Positions 28,554 through 37,326 of a DNA stretch of 64,000 nucleotides are shown here, in pieces; position 1 is the stretch's first letter; each line of letters starts with the position of its first letter. The notes under the pieces were generated by a model. It had not been told where the DNA came from. It searched no databases and saw only the letters and a program-made list of their open reading frames with translations. The stretch is from Roseobacter sp. (GTDB lineage Bacteria > Pseudomonadota > Alphaproteobacteria > Rhodobacterales > Rhodobacteraceae), in assembly GCA_011050655.1 (NCBI GenBank), contig DRFG01000092.1:12053-76052 (forward strand), written 5' to 3'. Made by a program: the position numbers and the translations under genes.

Positions 28554-29855
28554 ATGAATATGACGCCCAAACCCCAAAACGCTGTGCTGCATGACGGACA
28601 GCCAAGTAAGTCCGAGCAGACGCGAGAGACGATCCTCGCGGCGGCGGCACAGTTTTTCCGCAATGAAGGGTACAATGCCGCGACCATGCGCAAAATCGCC
28701 AAAGTTGCAAATATGGAAGCTGGCAGCATCTACTACCACTTTTCGTCCAAAGAAGACATTCTGGGTGAAGTTATGGAGCTTGGGTTGCGCCGCCTTTATG
28801 TCGAGGCGTCGCGGGTTCTGGCCGAGGCTAGGGCGCAGGACAAGGATTTCCGACAGGTCCTGTCAGAGATGGTCGATACACACCTGACCTTTCTTTTGTC
28901 TGAAGGCGATTATACATCCGCCAATATTCGCAACTTTCCGACGCTACCCAAAGAGTTACGCCAAAAACACCGGCCGCTGCGACGCGCATATTCCGACCTG
29001 TGGAACGGTTTCTTGGTAGAAGCCCAGCAGAATGGCTGTGTTCGCACCGATATCGCGATCAGGCCTGTACGCCAGTTCGTGCTCGGCGCGCTCAACTGGA
29101 CGGTCGAATGGTATGACACGGAGCGTTTTCCCGTCGCAACACTGTCCGAGCGGGTTACAAGGCTATTGCTGGATGGGATGGCCACAAAAGAGCACGCTCT
29201 GGTTCTTGTCCCCCGGCATCGCGACCGGCAGATTTTTGAACCGGAAGCCGATACCAACAAGGCAGCACGTACACGTATGCAAGTGCTATCTGCGGCCGCG
29301 CGGATCATCCGCGACCGTGGCTACAAAGCGGCAACAATGCGGGCCATTTCGACCGAGGCTGGGATCGAGGCCGGCAGCATCTACTACCATTTCGGGTCAA
29401 AAGATGACATTTTAGATGAAGTGCTGGATTTGGGGCTGCGCGATCTATTGAAGGGTGTGACTAGGACCGTTTCTGATTGGGAAAAGTTTCCTGATGACCT
29501 GAGCAGAATGTCTGCAGCGATCAAGACACATATGGAGTGTCTGTTTCAGGCCAGTGAATTCACTTCGGCAAATATTCGAATCTATGGTCAACTGCCCAGT
29601 AATGTGCGCGCTCGCCATTGGCCAGTGCGCCATGAATATGCGCAGCTTTGGGACCGCATTCTGAAAGATGCGCAAGACTCCGGTTGCTTGCGTTCCGATA
29701 TCAGGATCGTCCCTTTGCGGCAGGTCATGTTGGGTGCATTGAACTGGACCGTTGAATGGTTTGACCCAAAAAAGGCGGGGCAGGAGGGAAATATCTCGTT
29801 GCCCGAACTTGTCGAAATTCTGCAAAAACTGCTTCTTGGCGGACTGTCGAAGTAA
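28554..29855 (+). CDS. Tandem (two-unit) TetR-family regulator
   Basis: Two HTHs (EAGSIYYHFSSKEDIL; EAGSIYYHFGSKDDIL) and two ligand domains (SANIR...LGALNWTVEW), spaced 217 aa apart. Confidence 0.9.
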   Translation: MNMTPKPQNAVLHDGQPSKSEQTRETILAAAAQFFRNEGYNAATMRKIAKVANMEAGSIYYHFSSKEDILGEVMELGLRRLYVEASRVLAEARAQDKDFRQVLSEMVDTHLTFLLSEGDYTSANIRNFPTLPKELRQKHRPLRRAYSDLWNGFLVEAQQNGCVRTDIAIRPVRQFVLGALNWTVEWYDTERFPVATLSERVTRLLLDGMATKEHALVLVPRHRDRQIFEPEADTNKAARTRMQVLSAAARIIRDRGYKAATMRAISTEAGIEAGSIYYHFGSKDDILDEVLDLGLRDLLKGVTRTVSDWEKFPDDLSRMSAAIKTHMECLFQASEFTSANIRIYGQLPSNVRARHWPVRHEYAQLWDRILKDAQDSGCLRSDIRIVPLRQVMLGALNWTVEWFDPKKAGQEGNISLPELVEILQKLLLGGLSK

Positions 29856-30012
29856 AACAACACGTTCGTCTGAATGCGCCGGAAAGCCCCATTTTTCAGA
29901 TCAGCTCGGGCTAAAGCCTTCGGCGAGACTGCTTAAAGGTTTACTGATCTGATTGATGCAAGGCATTTCACTGCAAGCCTTTGTTGACAAATTTGACAAT
30001 TGGCGAAATAAC

Positions 30013-30029
30013 CAAGCAATCGTTTGCTT
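30013..30029. promoter_or_regulatory. Candidate TetR operator upstream of the tetR-mutase operon
   Basis: CAAGC-AATC-GTTTG (30013-30026), overlapping AAGCAA-N4-TTGCTT (30014-30029). Two TTGACA hexamers lie upstream at 29984 and 29993. Confidence 0.45.
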
Positions 30030-30044
30030 ATTTAAGGAATCACG

Positions 30045-30698
30045 ATGACAGCCTTGGCACCCAAAGCCAGAAGCAACAATCGCCGAGAACTCATTCTTGA
30101 CGTCTCGGCGCAGCAGTTTGTTGAAAAGGGTTTTGCCAGTACGTCAACGCGCGATATCGCCAAGGCAACCGGCATGTTGCCCGGTTCGCTGTATTATCAT
30201 TTCGCATCAAAAGATGATTTGCTTGTCGCCGTATTCGAAGAAGGCGTGCAGCGGATAAGCGCCAGTGTGGATACAGCCCTGGAGGCCGCGGGCGCGGACC
30301 CCTGGGTGCGCTTGCAGGCCGCCTGCGAGGCGCACCTGGCGATGCTGCTGGGTACAAGCAGCTATGCCCATGTCGTGATCAGAACGTTGCCGTCAGATTT
30401 CAGCGACGCGGAAAAGACTCTGGTTGGCTTGCGTCGGCAATACGAGGCGCGGTTCACGAGGCTTTGCGATGCGTTGCCATTGCCGCCACAGACCGACCGA
30501 AGCGTTCTGCGGCTGATGCTGATTGGCGCAATGAATCACACGCCAGTCTGGTACCGCGAGGGTCGCGATACACCAGCCGGACTTGCCCGTAAATTCATCG
30601 AAAATCTGCACGTGCCGCTGGTCGGGGCAGGGGCCAGCGAAGCGGCCCGTACAGATGCGTCAGGTGAACCAGTTTCGAGGAGGATTGAGGATGAATGA
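30045..30698 (+). CDS. TetR-family regulator
   Basis: GFASTSTRDIAKATGMLPGSLYYHFASKDDLL; IGAMNHTPVWY. Confidence 0.92.
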   Translation: MTALAPKARSNNRRELILDVSAQQFVEKGFASTSTRDIAKATGMLPGSLYYHFASKDDLLVAVFEEGVQRISASVDTALEAAGADPWVRLQAACEAHLAMLLGTSSYAHVVIRTLPSDFSDAEKTLVGLRRQYEARFTRLCDALPLPPQTDRSVLRLMLIGAMNHTPVWYREGRDTPAGLARKFIENLHVPLVGAGASEAARTDASGEPVSRRIEDE

Positions 30699-31119
30699 CG
30701 TTCTGTTGGCCCCTGCGCGGGTGCTGGTTACCAAGATCGGACTGGACGGGCACGACCGCGGCAGTCGCATCATCGCGGCCTATCTGCGCGATGCGGGCAT
30801 GGAAGTGATCTATACCAACCCCTGGCAGGCCATCGACGCGGTTGTGGCGCTGGCGCTCGAAGAGGACGTGGATGTCATCGGCATCAGCTCTTTGGCAACC
30901 GATCATCTGTTGGTTCCAAAGCTGATGGTCGCGCTGGATGCGGCCGGGTTGGGCCATGTGCGCGTCGTAGTCGGTGGCATTGTGCCCGATGAAGATGAAG
31001 CGAATCTGTTGGCCGCAGGCGTTTCGAAGGTGTTTCACCCTGGAGCCGTGCGCGAAGACATTGTCACCGAGGTGGAAAGACTTGCAATCGCCGCCAGCAA
31101 CGAACGCCCTTTGGACTAG
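30691..31119 (+). CDS. Cobalamin-binding small subunit of an acyl-CoA mutase
   Basis: KIGLDGHDRG (DxHxxG), GMEVIYT, VIGISSL, VVGGIVP. ATG after GAGG. Confidence 0.92.
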   Translation: MNDVLLAPARVLVTKIGLDGHDRGSRIIAAYLRDAGMEVIYTNPWQAIDAVVALALEEDVDVIGISSLATDHLLVPKLMVALDAAGLGHVRVVVGGIVPDEDEANLLAAGVSKVFHPGAVREDIVTEVERLAIAASNERPLD

Positions 31120-31131
31120 AGAAAGGCAGAA

Positions 31132-32826
31132 GTGATGAACAAGATAGCCAAGCCCGTGATGTCGACCGGAAAAGGTACACACCAAGCTGCATTTGACGAG
31201 TGGCAACAGAATTATCACGCCCTGATCGGGGAGGACAAACCGGTCAGAAATCGCTCTGGCATCAAGGTCGAACCGCTTTACTGGCCGTCGGACGATCCCG
31301 ATGGTGCCTATAACGGAAAACTTGGGTTTCCAGGCGCCGATCCGATGACGCGCGGCATTTATCCAACGATGCATCGCGGGCGCACATGGTCGCAGCGCCA
31401 GTTGATCGGGCTGGGCCGTCCGGTGGATTTCAATGGGCGGATCAAGAAAATACTGGCCTCAGGGGCCAGCGCACTCAGCATCATACCGTGCAATTCGGTC
31501 TACCGGGGGATCGACTGTGATGAGGTAGAGCCAGAAATTCTGGGCACTTGCGGGACCATTATCAATACCGAAGAGGACATGGACATATGTCTGGCAGACA
31601 TCCCGATTGACGAGATTTCGATCGGTCTGAACGATCCAAGCCCGTTCACCATGTTGGCGCAGATGTTGGTGGTGGCCGAAAAGCGCGGGATCGATTGGAA
31701 AAAGGTCACCGGAACGTCAAACCAAAGCGACTACATCTCGCATTTCGTCGCCAACCACATGTTCTATCGCCTGTCTTTGCAAGGTGCCCGCCGGGTGCAG
31801 CTGGACACCGCCGCCTATCTGGCCGAGCATGTGCCGAACTGGAACGCCTTTTCGATCGTTGGCCAGCATATGCAACAGGCCGGGGCGACCCCGGCACAGG
31901 CGATGGGGTTGACGCTGTCCACCGCCATCCAATACGCCGAGGATTGCAAAGCGCGCGGGATGGACCCGGAAAAATTCCTTGAACGGTTCACCTTCTTTTT
32001 CGACATCTCGATCAGTTTCTTTGAAGAAGTGGCCAAGTTCCGCGCCGGACGGCGTATCTGGAACCGGCTTGTGAGCGATCGTTTCGGGGTCACCAATCCG
32101 CGCGCCAAACGGTTCAAGTTTCACGCCCAGACATCGGGCTGCGATCTGACCCGGCAACAGCCGCTGAACAATATCGCGCGGGTAACGATACAGGCAATGG
32201 CCGGCATCCTTGGCGGGCTGCAATCCATGCACACGGACGGCTATGATGAAGTTCTGTCAACGCCTACCGAAGACTCTGCCAAGGTTGCCGTTTCCACCCA
32301 GAATATCCTGAAACACGAGGCGCATTTGTGCGATGTGATCGACCCGTTGGGTGGGTCCTATTACGTTGAATCCCTGACCGATGCGATGGAGGTGGAAATC
32401 CTGAATGTCATTGCGGAAATTGACGCGGAAGGCGGCATGTTCAAGGCCGTCGAAAGCGGTTTTGTGCAAGAAATGATCGGGGCCAGCGCCCTTGAATTCC
32501 AGGATCAGGTGGACAGCGGCGAACAGATCGTTGTCGGCGTCAACGCATTCAAAGAGGATGAAGACGCCTCGGCCCGACCTTTCCTGAAGCGCCCCTCGCA
32601 GGTACATATGAAACAACAGGTAGAGCAGCTGAAAAAGATCAAGGCTGCCCGCGACCCCGCTTTGCTGAACAATGCATTGCAGGAATTGCGTCAGGCCGCG
32701 CGGTCCGAAGATATCAACGTCTTCGCCGCCGAGATCGACGCGGTGCGTGCTGGCGCCACACTGGGTGAAATCGTCAAGGTGTTGCGGGACGAATTGGGCT
32801 TTGGCCAACCGCTTGTAGTCGCCTGA
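31132..32826 (+). CDS. Acyl-CoA mutase large subunit with non-canonical (pivalyl-CoA-mutase-like) specificity residues
   Basis: [82 protein letters not shown]. Confidence 0.9.
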   Translation: MMNKIAKPVMSTGKGTHQAAFDEWQQNYHALIGEDKPVRNRSGIKVEPLYWPSDDPDGAYNGKLGFPGADPMTRGIYPTMHRGRTWSQRQLIGLGRPVDFNGRIKKILASGASALSIIPCNSVYRGIDCDEVEPEILGTCGTIINTEEDMDICLADIPIDEISIGLNDPSPFTMLAQMLVVAEKRGIDWKKVTGTSNQSDYISHFVANHMFYRLSLQGARRVQLDTAAYLAEHVPNWNAFSIVGQHMQQAGATPAQAMGLTLSTAIQYAEDCKARGMDPEKFLERFTFFFDISISFFEEVAKFRAGRRIWNRLVSDRFGVTNPRAKRFKFHAQTSGCDLTRQQPLNNIARVTIQAMAGILGGLQSMHTDGYDEVLSTPTEDSAKVAVSTQNILKHEAHLCDVIDPLGGSYYVESLTDAMEVEILNVIAEIDAEGGMFKAVESGFVQEMIGASALEFQDQVDSGEQIVVGVNAFKEDEDASARPFLKRPSQVHMKQQVEQLKKIKAARDPALLNNALQELRQAARSEDINVFAAEIDAVRAGATLGEIVKVLRDELGFGQPLVVA

Positions 32827-32831
32827 TCACC

Positions 32832-33797
32832 GTGCAGGATCAAACCGCCGAAAAGCCGGGGCTTTTGGCGCGTCTGTTGGCCGGACAAACCGCCGCACTT
32901 GCCCGCGCAATAAGCATCGTCGAGCGTGATGGTCCAACTGTCAGTGCGCTGTTGAAAGCAATCCAGCCGCATCTGGGCCGCGCGATCGTGGTTGGCTTTA
33001 CCGGCCCGCCGGGTGCTGGAAAATCGACGCTGGTGAATGCGTTCATCGGGGAAATGCGGGGGCGGGGGCGGACAGTCGCAGTCGCCGCTGTCGATCCTTC
33101 CAGCCCGATTACCGGCGGCGCGGTTCTGGGTGACCGGATCCGGATGGCAGAGCACACGATGGACGCCGGCGTGTTCATCCGCTCGCTTGCATCGCGGGGG
33201 CATCTGGGCGGCCTGTCGGCTTCGGCCGCGCGGGTGGCTGACCTTATGGACGCTGCGGGCTTTGACGTGATCGTTCTGGAGACCGTGGGTGCAGGGCAAT
33301 CCGAGGTCGAGATGGCGGAAATGGCGGATGTCAGGATTGTCATCTCGGCGCCGGGCCTGGGGGATGACGTTCAGGCGATCAAGGCAGGCATTCTCGAGAT
33401 CGCCGACATTCTGGTCGTCAATAAGTCCGATTTGCCGCTGGCCAAACGGACAGTTGGTCAGTTGCAGGCAATGTTGGCCCTGCGCGCGCCGGGCGACTGG
33501 AAAGTGCCGGTCCTGGCGACCAATGCAGTCGATCGGACGGGCCTGTGCGAACTGGCCGACGCAGTCGATCACCGGGCCGCGACGCGCAAAATGAAAGGCC
33601 CGCGTGATGCCCTTGGCGGGCGTACCCGGCGCTTGCTGGCACAATCCGTCGCCAAATATGCAGAACATCGCGTTCTGAACGATACATGCGCAACCATCGA
33701 CGCGGTGGTTTCGGACCTTCAACAGGCAGGAATCGGTCTGGACGATGCAATTACAAAGGTCCTGATGCGACTATGCGAAAGCCAAGACAATGGATGA
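32832..33797 (+). CDS. meaB: MeaB/ArgK-family GTPase chaperone of B12 mutases
   Basis: GFTGPPGAGKST, AVDPSSP..GGAVLGDRIRM, FIRSLASRG, ETVGAGQSE, QAIKAGILE, VNKSD. Confidence 0.9.
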   Translation: MQDQTAEKPGLLARLLAGQTAALARAISIVERDGPTVSALLKAIQPHLGRAIVVGFTGPPGAGKSTLVNAFIGEMRGRGRTVAVAAVDPSSPITGGAVLGDRIRMAEHTMDAGVFIRSLASRGHLGGLSASAARVADLMDAAGFDVIVLETVGAGQSEVEMAEMADVRIVISAPGLGDDVQAIKAGILEIADILVVNKSDLPLAKRTVGQLQAMLALRAPGDWKVPVLATNAVDRTGLCELADAVDHRAATRKMKGPRDALGGRTRRLLAQSVAKYAEHRVLNDTCATIDAVVSDLQQAGIGLDDAITKVLMRLCESQDNG

Positions 33798-34224
33798 TTC
33801 TGCAACCGACCTACCGTCACTTGAACTGTTGAAGGCGCAATTTGTGGCGCGCGACGGTTATATGCAGTCGTTGGGCGCTGAACTGGCCAAGATGGGTCGC
33901 GGTCATGCAATTGTCCGGATGCCGGTCCGTCAGGACAGTCTGAACTTCAACGGAACCTGCCATGGCGGCGCGATTTTTTCAGTCGCGGATTGTGCCTTTG
34001 GGGTGGCGTCGAACAGCTATGGCACACTGGCGGCAGGCATTGACGTTCACATCACCTACAACGCCGCAGCCCGGCTTGGGGATGTATTGACCGCGACAGC
34101 AACCGAAGTTTCTCGGTCTCGCAAGATCGCGGTCTACGAAGTGACGGTCAGCGGCGACACGGCAGGGCATATAGCGTCCTTTACAGGCACGGTCTATATC
34201 ATTGGCCACAAGAATTTTACCTGA
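33790..34224 (+). CDS. PaaI-type hot-dog thioesterase
   Basis: LNFNGTCHGGAIFSVADCAFGVASNS. Confidence 0.88.
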   Translation: MDDSATDLPSLELLKAQFVARDGYMQSLGAELAKMGRGHAIVRMPVRQDSLNFNGTCHGGAIFSVADCAFGVASNSYGTLAAGIDVHITYNAAARLGDVLTATATEVSRSRKIAVYEVTVSGDTAGHIASFTGTVYIIGHKNFT

Positions 34225-34237
34225 CTTTGAAACCGGG

Positions 34238-34274
34238 TTGACAGGATGTCGCCCGACACCTAACAAGTGTTAGG
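34238..34274 (+). promoter_or_regulatory. Promoter with a perfect palindromic operator upstream of tetR (autoregulation candidate)
   Basis: TTGACA (34238-34243), 17 bp, TAACAA (34261-34266), which lies inside CCTAACA-AG-TGTTAGG (34259-34274). Confidence 0.65.
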
Positions 34275-34297
34275 TAGGTAAATTTTTGTAGGGCACG

Positions 34298-34921
34298 ATG
34301 GCACTCTCGAAAACAGTTGCACAAAACGCCGAGGTAGGCCGCACGGGCATTCTGGATGCGGCCGCCTTGCTGTTAGGCCGCCAAGGATACGGGGCGGTAT
34401 CTCTGCGCATGATCGCCGAGGCCGCGGGGATCAAGGCCGGCAGCATTTACTATCACTTCGCCTCTAAAGATGACATTATCACGGAAATTCTTGATGCAGG
34501 AATCCAAGCGGTTCATGACGAGGTCCGCGACAGGGTGGCGGCCTTGAGTGCAGATGCGCCCGCGCGTGACGTATTTCGTGCAGTACTCCGTGGGCATCTA
34601 TGTGCTTTGCTGGAACATGGCGCTTACACCTCGGCCAACGTGCGCATCTTCGGCCAAGTGCCACCTGTAGTGCGCGACGCCAACCTACCGGTTCGCCGCG
34701 CCTATGAGGCTTTCCTGGATAATCTGTTGTCAGAATTGAAGGTGCGGGACGCGATCCGCAGCGATGTCAATCTGCCCCGGTTTCGCTTGCTGCTGATCGG
34801 CGCGCTGAACGCGACGCTTGAATGGTTCGACCCCCAGAAGGGCAGCGCCGAGGATCTTGCCGATGACTATGCCGACACATTCTTGAACGGGATTCTCAGC
34901 CAAAGCGGAGACAACACATGA
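34298..34921 (+). CDS. TetR-family regulator
   Basis: AEAAGIKAGSIYYHFASKDDII, SANVRIFG, IGALNATLEWF. Confidence 0.92.
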   Translation: MALSKTVAQNAEVGRTGILDAAALLLGRQGYGAVSLRMIAEAAGIKAGSIYYHFASKDDIITEILDAGIQAVHDEVRDRVAALSADAPARDVFRAVLRGHLCALLEHGAYTSANVRIFGQVPPVVRDANLPVRRAYEAFLDNLLSELKVRDAIRSDVNLPRFRLLLIGALNATLEWFDPQKGSAEDLADDYADTFLNGILSQSGDNT

Positions 34922-36516
34922 GCCGCATCGCAACCCGGATAGATACCCGATCCCCGGTTTTTGAACAAAACTGGGCGCAATCACAAACCTTGTTGGGAAC
35001 TCTGCGAACACGCATGGCCTTTGCCACAACTGGCGGCGCGGAAAAGCTGCGCGCCCGCCACCATGAGCGCGGAAAGCATCTGGTGCGCGACCGGATCGAC
35101 CGATTGATCGACCCGGGCACGGCCTTTCTGGAACTGTCGCCACTTGCCGCCTGGGGCCAGTATGACAATCAGGTCCCCGCGGCCGGAATCGTTACCGGTA
35201 TCGGCCTTGTGAAGAGCAAGCATGTGGTTATCATCGCCAATGATGCTACCGTCAAGGGCGGCAGCTTTTTCCACGAGACAGTGAAAAAACACCTGCGCGC
35301 GCAGGAGATCGCCGAACAGAACCGTATGCCCTGCCTTTATCTGGTGGATTGCGGCGGGGCCTATCTGCCGGAACAGGACCGGGTGTTCCCCGACCGCGAC
35401 CATTTCGGAAATTCGTTTCATCGCCAGTGCCGCATGTCGGCTGCCGGATTGCCGCAGATATCGGTGGTGTTTGGCGGCTGTACCGCCGGTGGTGCCTATA
35501 TTCCGGCGCTCAGCGATCAGGTGATCATGGTTGATGGCAACGCACGCATCCATCTGGGCGGCCCGTCAATCGTCAAGGTTGCGATCAACGAAGCGGTTGA
35601 CGGCGAGACTCTAGGCGGCGCCGCGATGCACACGCGGATCTCTGGCGTAAGCGACCATCTGGTGGCGGATGAAGACCAGGCGTTGGCGCTGGCCCGCACC
35701 CTGATCGGCGAGACGAATTTTGAGCGTAAGCCAGCAAAGGTCGCGCCGGTGCTGTCGCCGCGATACCCCGCATCAGAGCTTGGCGGGGTGATCAGCGCCG
35801 ATCCCAAAATGCCCTATGACGTGCGCGAAATTATTGCGCGCACCGTGGATGACAGCGGTTTCAGCGAATTCAAACCTGAATGGGGCGAAACGGTTGTCTG
35901 CGGCACCGCCCGCATACATGGTCATATGGTAGGGATAATCGGCAATAACGGCGCGCTATTATCGCAATCGGCACTGAAAGCCGCGCATTTCATAACCCTT
36001 TGCGATCAGCGCAACATCCCGCTTCTGTTTCTGCATAATATCACCGGCTTCATGGTTGGAACTGTCGCCGAGCGCGAAGGCATAGCCAAGAACAGCGCCA
36101 AGATGGTTTACGCACAGGCAGTCGCGCGGGTGCCCAAGCTGTCGGTCATCGTCGGCGGTTCTTATGGCGCGGGCAATTACGGCATGTGCGGGCGCGGCTT
36201 TCGGCCGAACTTCCTGTTCGCATGGCCAAGCGCGGTGCTGGCCACGATGTCGGCCAATATCGCCAGCAACGTGATGCTGGAACTGCGCCGGACCAATGTC
36301 AAAGCCCCCACCGCCACGCAAGAAGAACTGGACGAAATCGAATCCCGCGTGCGCGCCCAGTACGGCGAACAATCGGACCCGTATTTCGCCACCTCACGGC
36401 TTTGGGATGATGGCATCATCGAGCCTGCGCAAACCCGTGATGTGTTGGGTCTTTGTCTGTCGATCGTGTCCAGCACACCTGATGCAATGGGACACTCCCC
36501 AGTTTACCGAATGTAG
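34918..36516 (+). CDS. Acyl-CoA carboxylase beta subunit, MCC/GCC-like, set 2
   Basis: ANDATVKGGSF, KKHLRAQEIA, CTAGGAYIP, GGSYGAGNYGMCGR, PVYRM. Confidence 0.92.
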   Translation: MSRIATRIDTRSPVFEQNWAQSQTLLGTLRTRMAFATTGGAEKLRARHHERGKHLVRDRIDRLIDPGTAFLELSPLAAWGQYDNQVPAAGIVTGIGLVKSKHVVIIANDATVKGGSFFHETVKKHLRAQEIAEQNRMPCLYLVDCGGAYLPEQDRVFPDRDHFGNSFHRQCRMSAAGLPQISVVFGGCTAGGAYIPALSDQVIMVDGNARIHLGGPSIVKVAINEAVDGETLGGAAMHTRISGVSDHLVADEDQALALARTLIGETNFERKPAKVAPVLSPRYPASELGGVISADPKMPYDVREIIARTVDDSGFSEFKPEWGETVVCGTARIHGHMVGIIGNNGALLSQSALKAAHFITLCDQRNIPLLFLHNITGFMVGTVAEREGIAKNSAKMVYAQAVARVPKLSVIVGGSYGAGNYGMCGRGFRPNFLFAWPSAVLATMSANIASNVMLELRRTNVKAPTATQEELDEIESRVRAQYGEQSDPYFATSRLWDDGIIEPAQTRDVLGLCLSIVSSTPDAMGHSPVYRM

Positions 36517-36525
36517 GACCGTACT

Positions 36526-37326
36526 ATGACCAGCCGGACATTCCAGACCATCACTGTTGAAACGGACACGCGCGGCGTGGCGCGCCTGACGCTGAACCGG
36601 CCTGCCAAGCACAACGCGTTGAACGGTCAGCTGATTGACGAGCTCAAACAAGCCGCAGATTTGTTGGCGTCGGATGACAGCGTCCGGGTTGTTGTTCTCA
36701 CCGGCGAAGGCAAAAGCTTTTGCGCGGGAGGTGATTTCAACTGGTTCAAAGGCAATGCCGCAGCCGACCGTGCCACCCGTATCCGCGAAAGCAGCAAGCT
36801 GGCGCATATGCTGAATGCGTTGAATGCGCTGCCCAAACCGCTGATCGGGCGGATCCAGGGCCCGGCCTATGGCGGCGGGGTCGGGATGATTTCAGTTTGT
36901 GACATCGCCGTGGGTGTCGATACCGCACGCTTTGGTCTGACAGAGGTGCGTCTGGGGCTGATCCCGGCCAATATCTCGCCTCATGTGGTGGCACGCATCG
37001 GCGCGGCCAATGCGCGGGCCACGATGCTGTCGGGGGCCTTGTTCAGCGCAGCAAATGCCGAAAAGATCGGGTTGCTGAACGAAACGGTAACGCCTGACGA
37101 TCTGGACGCGCGGATTGACTCGATCATCGCCGACCATCTTGAGGCGGCCTTGGGTGCAGTCGGTGAAACCAAGCGACTGATTGCCTACGTCGCCAGCCAC
37201 AGTATCAACGACAGCATGATGTATACCGCCGATCGCCTGGCGGACGCATGGGAAACCGACGAAGGCACCACCGGCATCAACAGTTTTCTGGGCAAGACAC
37301 TGCCCCCATGGCGGACCGGCAAATGA
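36526..37326 (+). CDS. Methylglutaconyl-CoA-hydratase-like (LiuC/AtuE-type) crotonase
   Basis: SFCAGGD, AYGGGVGMISVCD (first Glu absent), FGLTEVRLGLIPANISP. Lies between carboxylase beta and alpha. Confidence 0.82.
   Translation: MTSRTFQTITVETDTRGVARLTLNRPAKHNALNGQLIDELKQAADLLASDDSVRVVVLTGEGKSFCAGGDFNWFKGNAAADRATRIRESSKLAHMLNALNALPKPLIGRIQGPAYGGGVGMISVCDIAVGVDTARFGLTEVRLGLIPANISPHVVARIGAANARATMLSGALFSAANAEKIGLLNETVTPDDLDARIDSIIADHLEAALGAVGETKRLIAYVASHSINDSMMYTADRLADAWETDEGTTGINSFLGKTLPPWRTGK

Noticed and set aside
29856-30044. Cobalamin riboswitch upstream of the B12 mutase operon
   Set aside because: No B12-box-like conserved segments were found; only an unrelated inverted repeat and promoter-like hexamers.
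31132-32826. Calling the mutase methylmalonyl-CoA mutase (mutA/scpA) or isobutyryl-CoA mutase
   Set aside because: The specificity positions are Leu/Asn, not Tyr/Arg or Phe/Gln, and no epimerase gene is adjacent.
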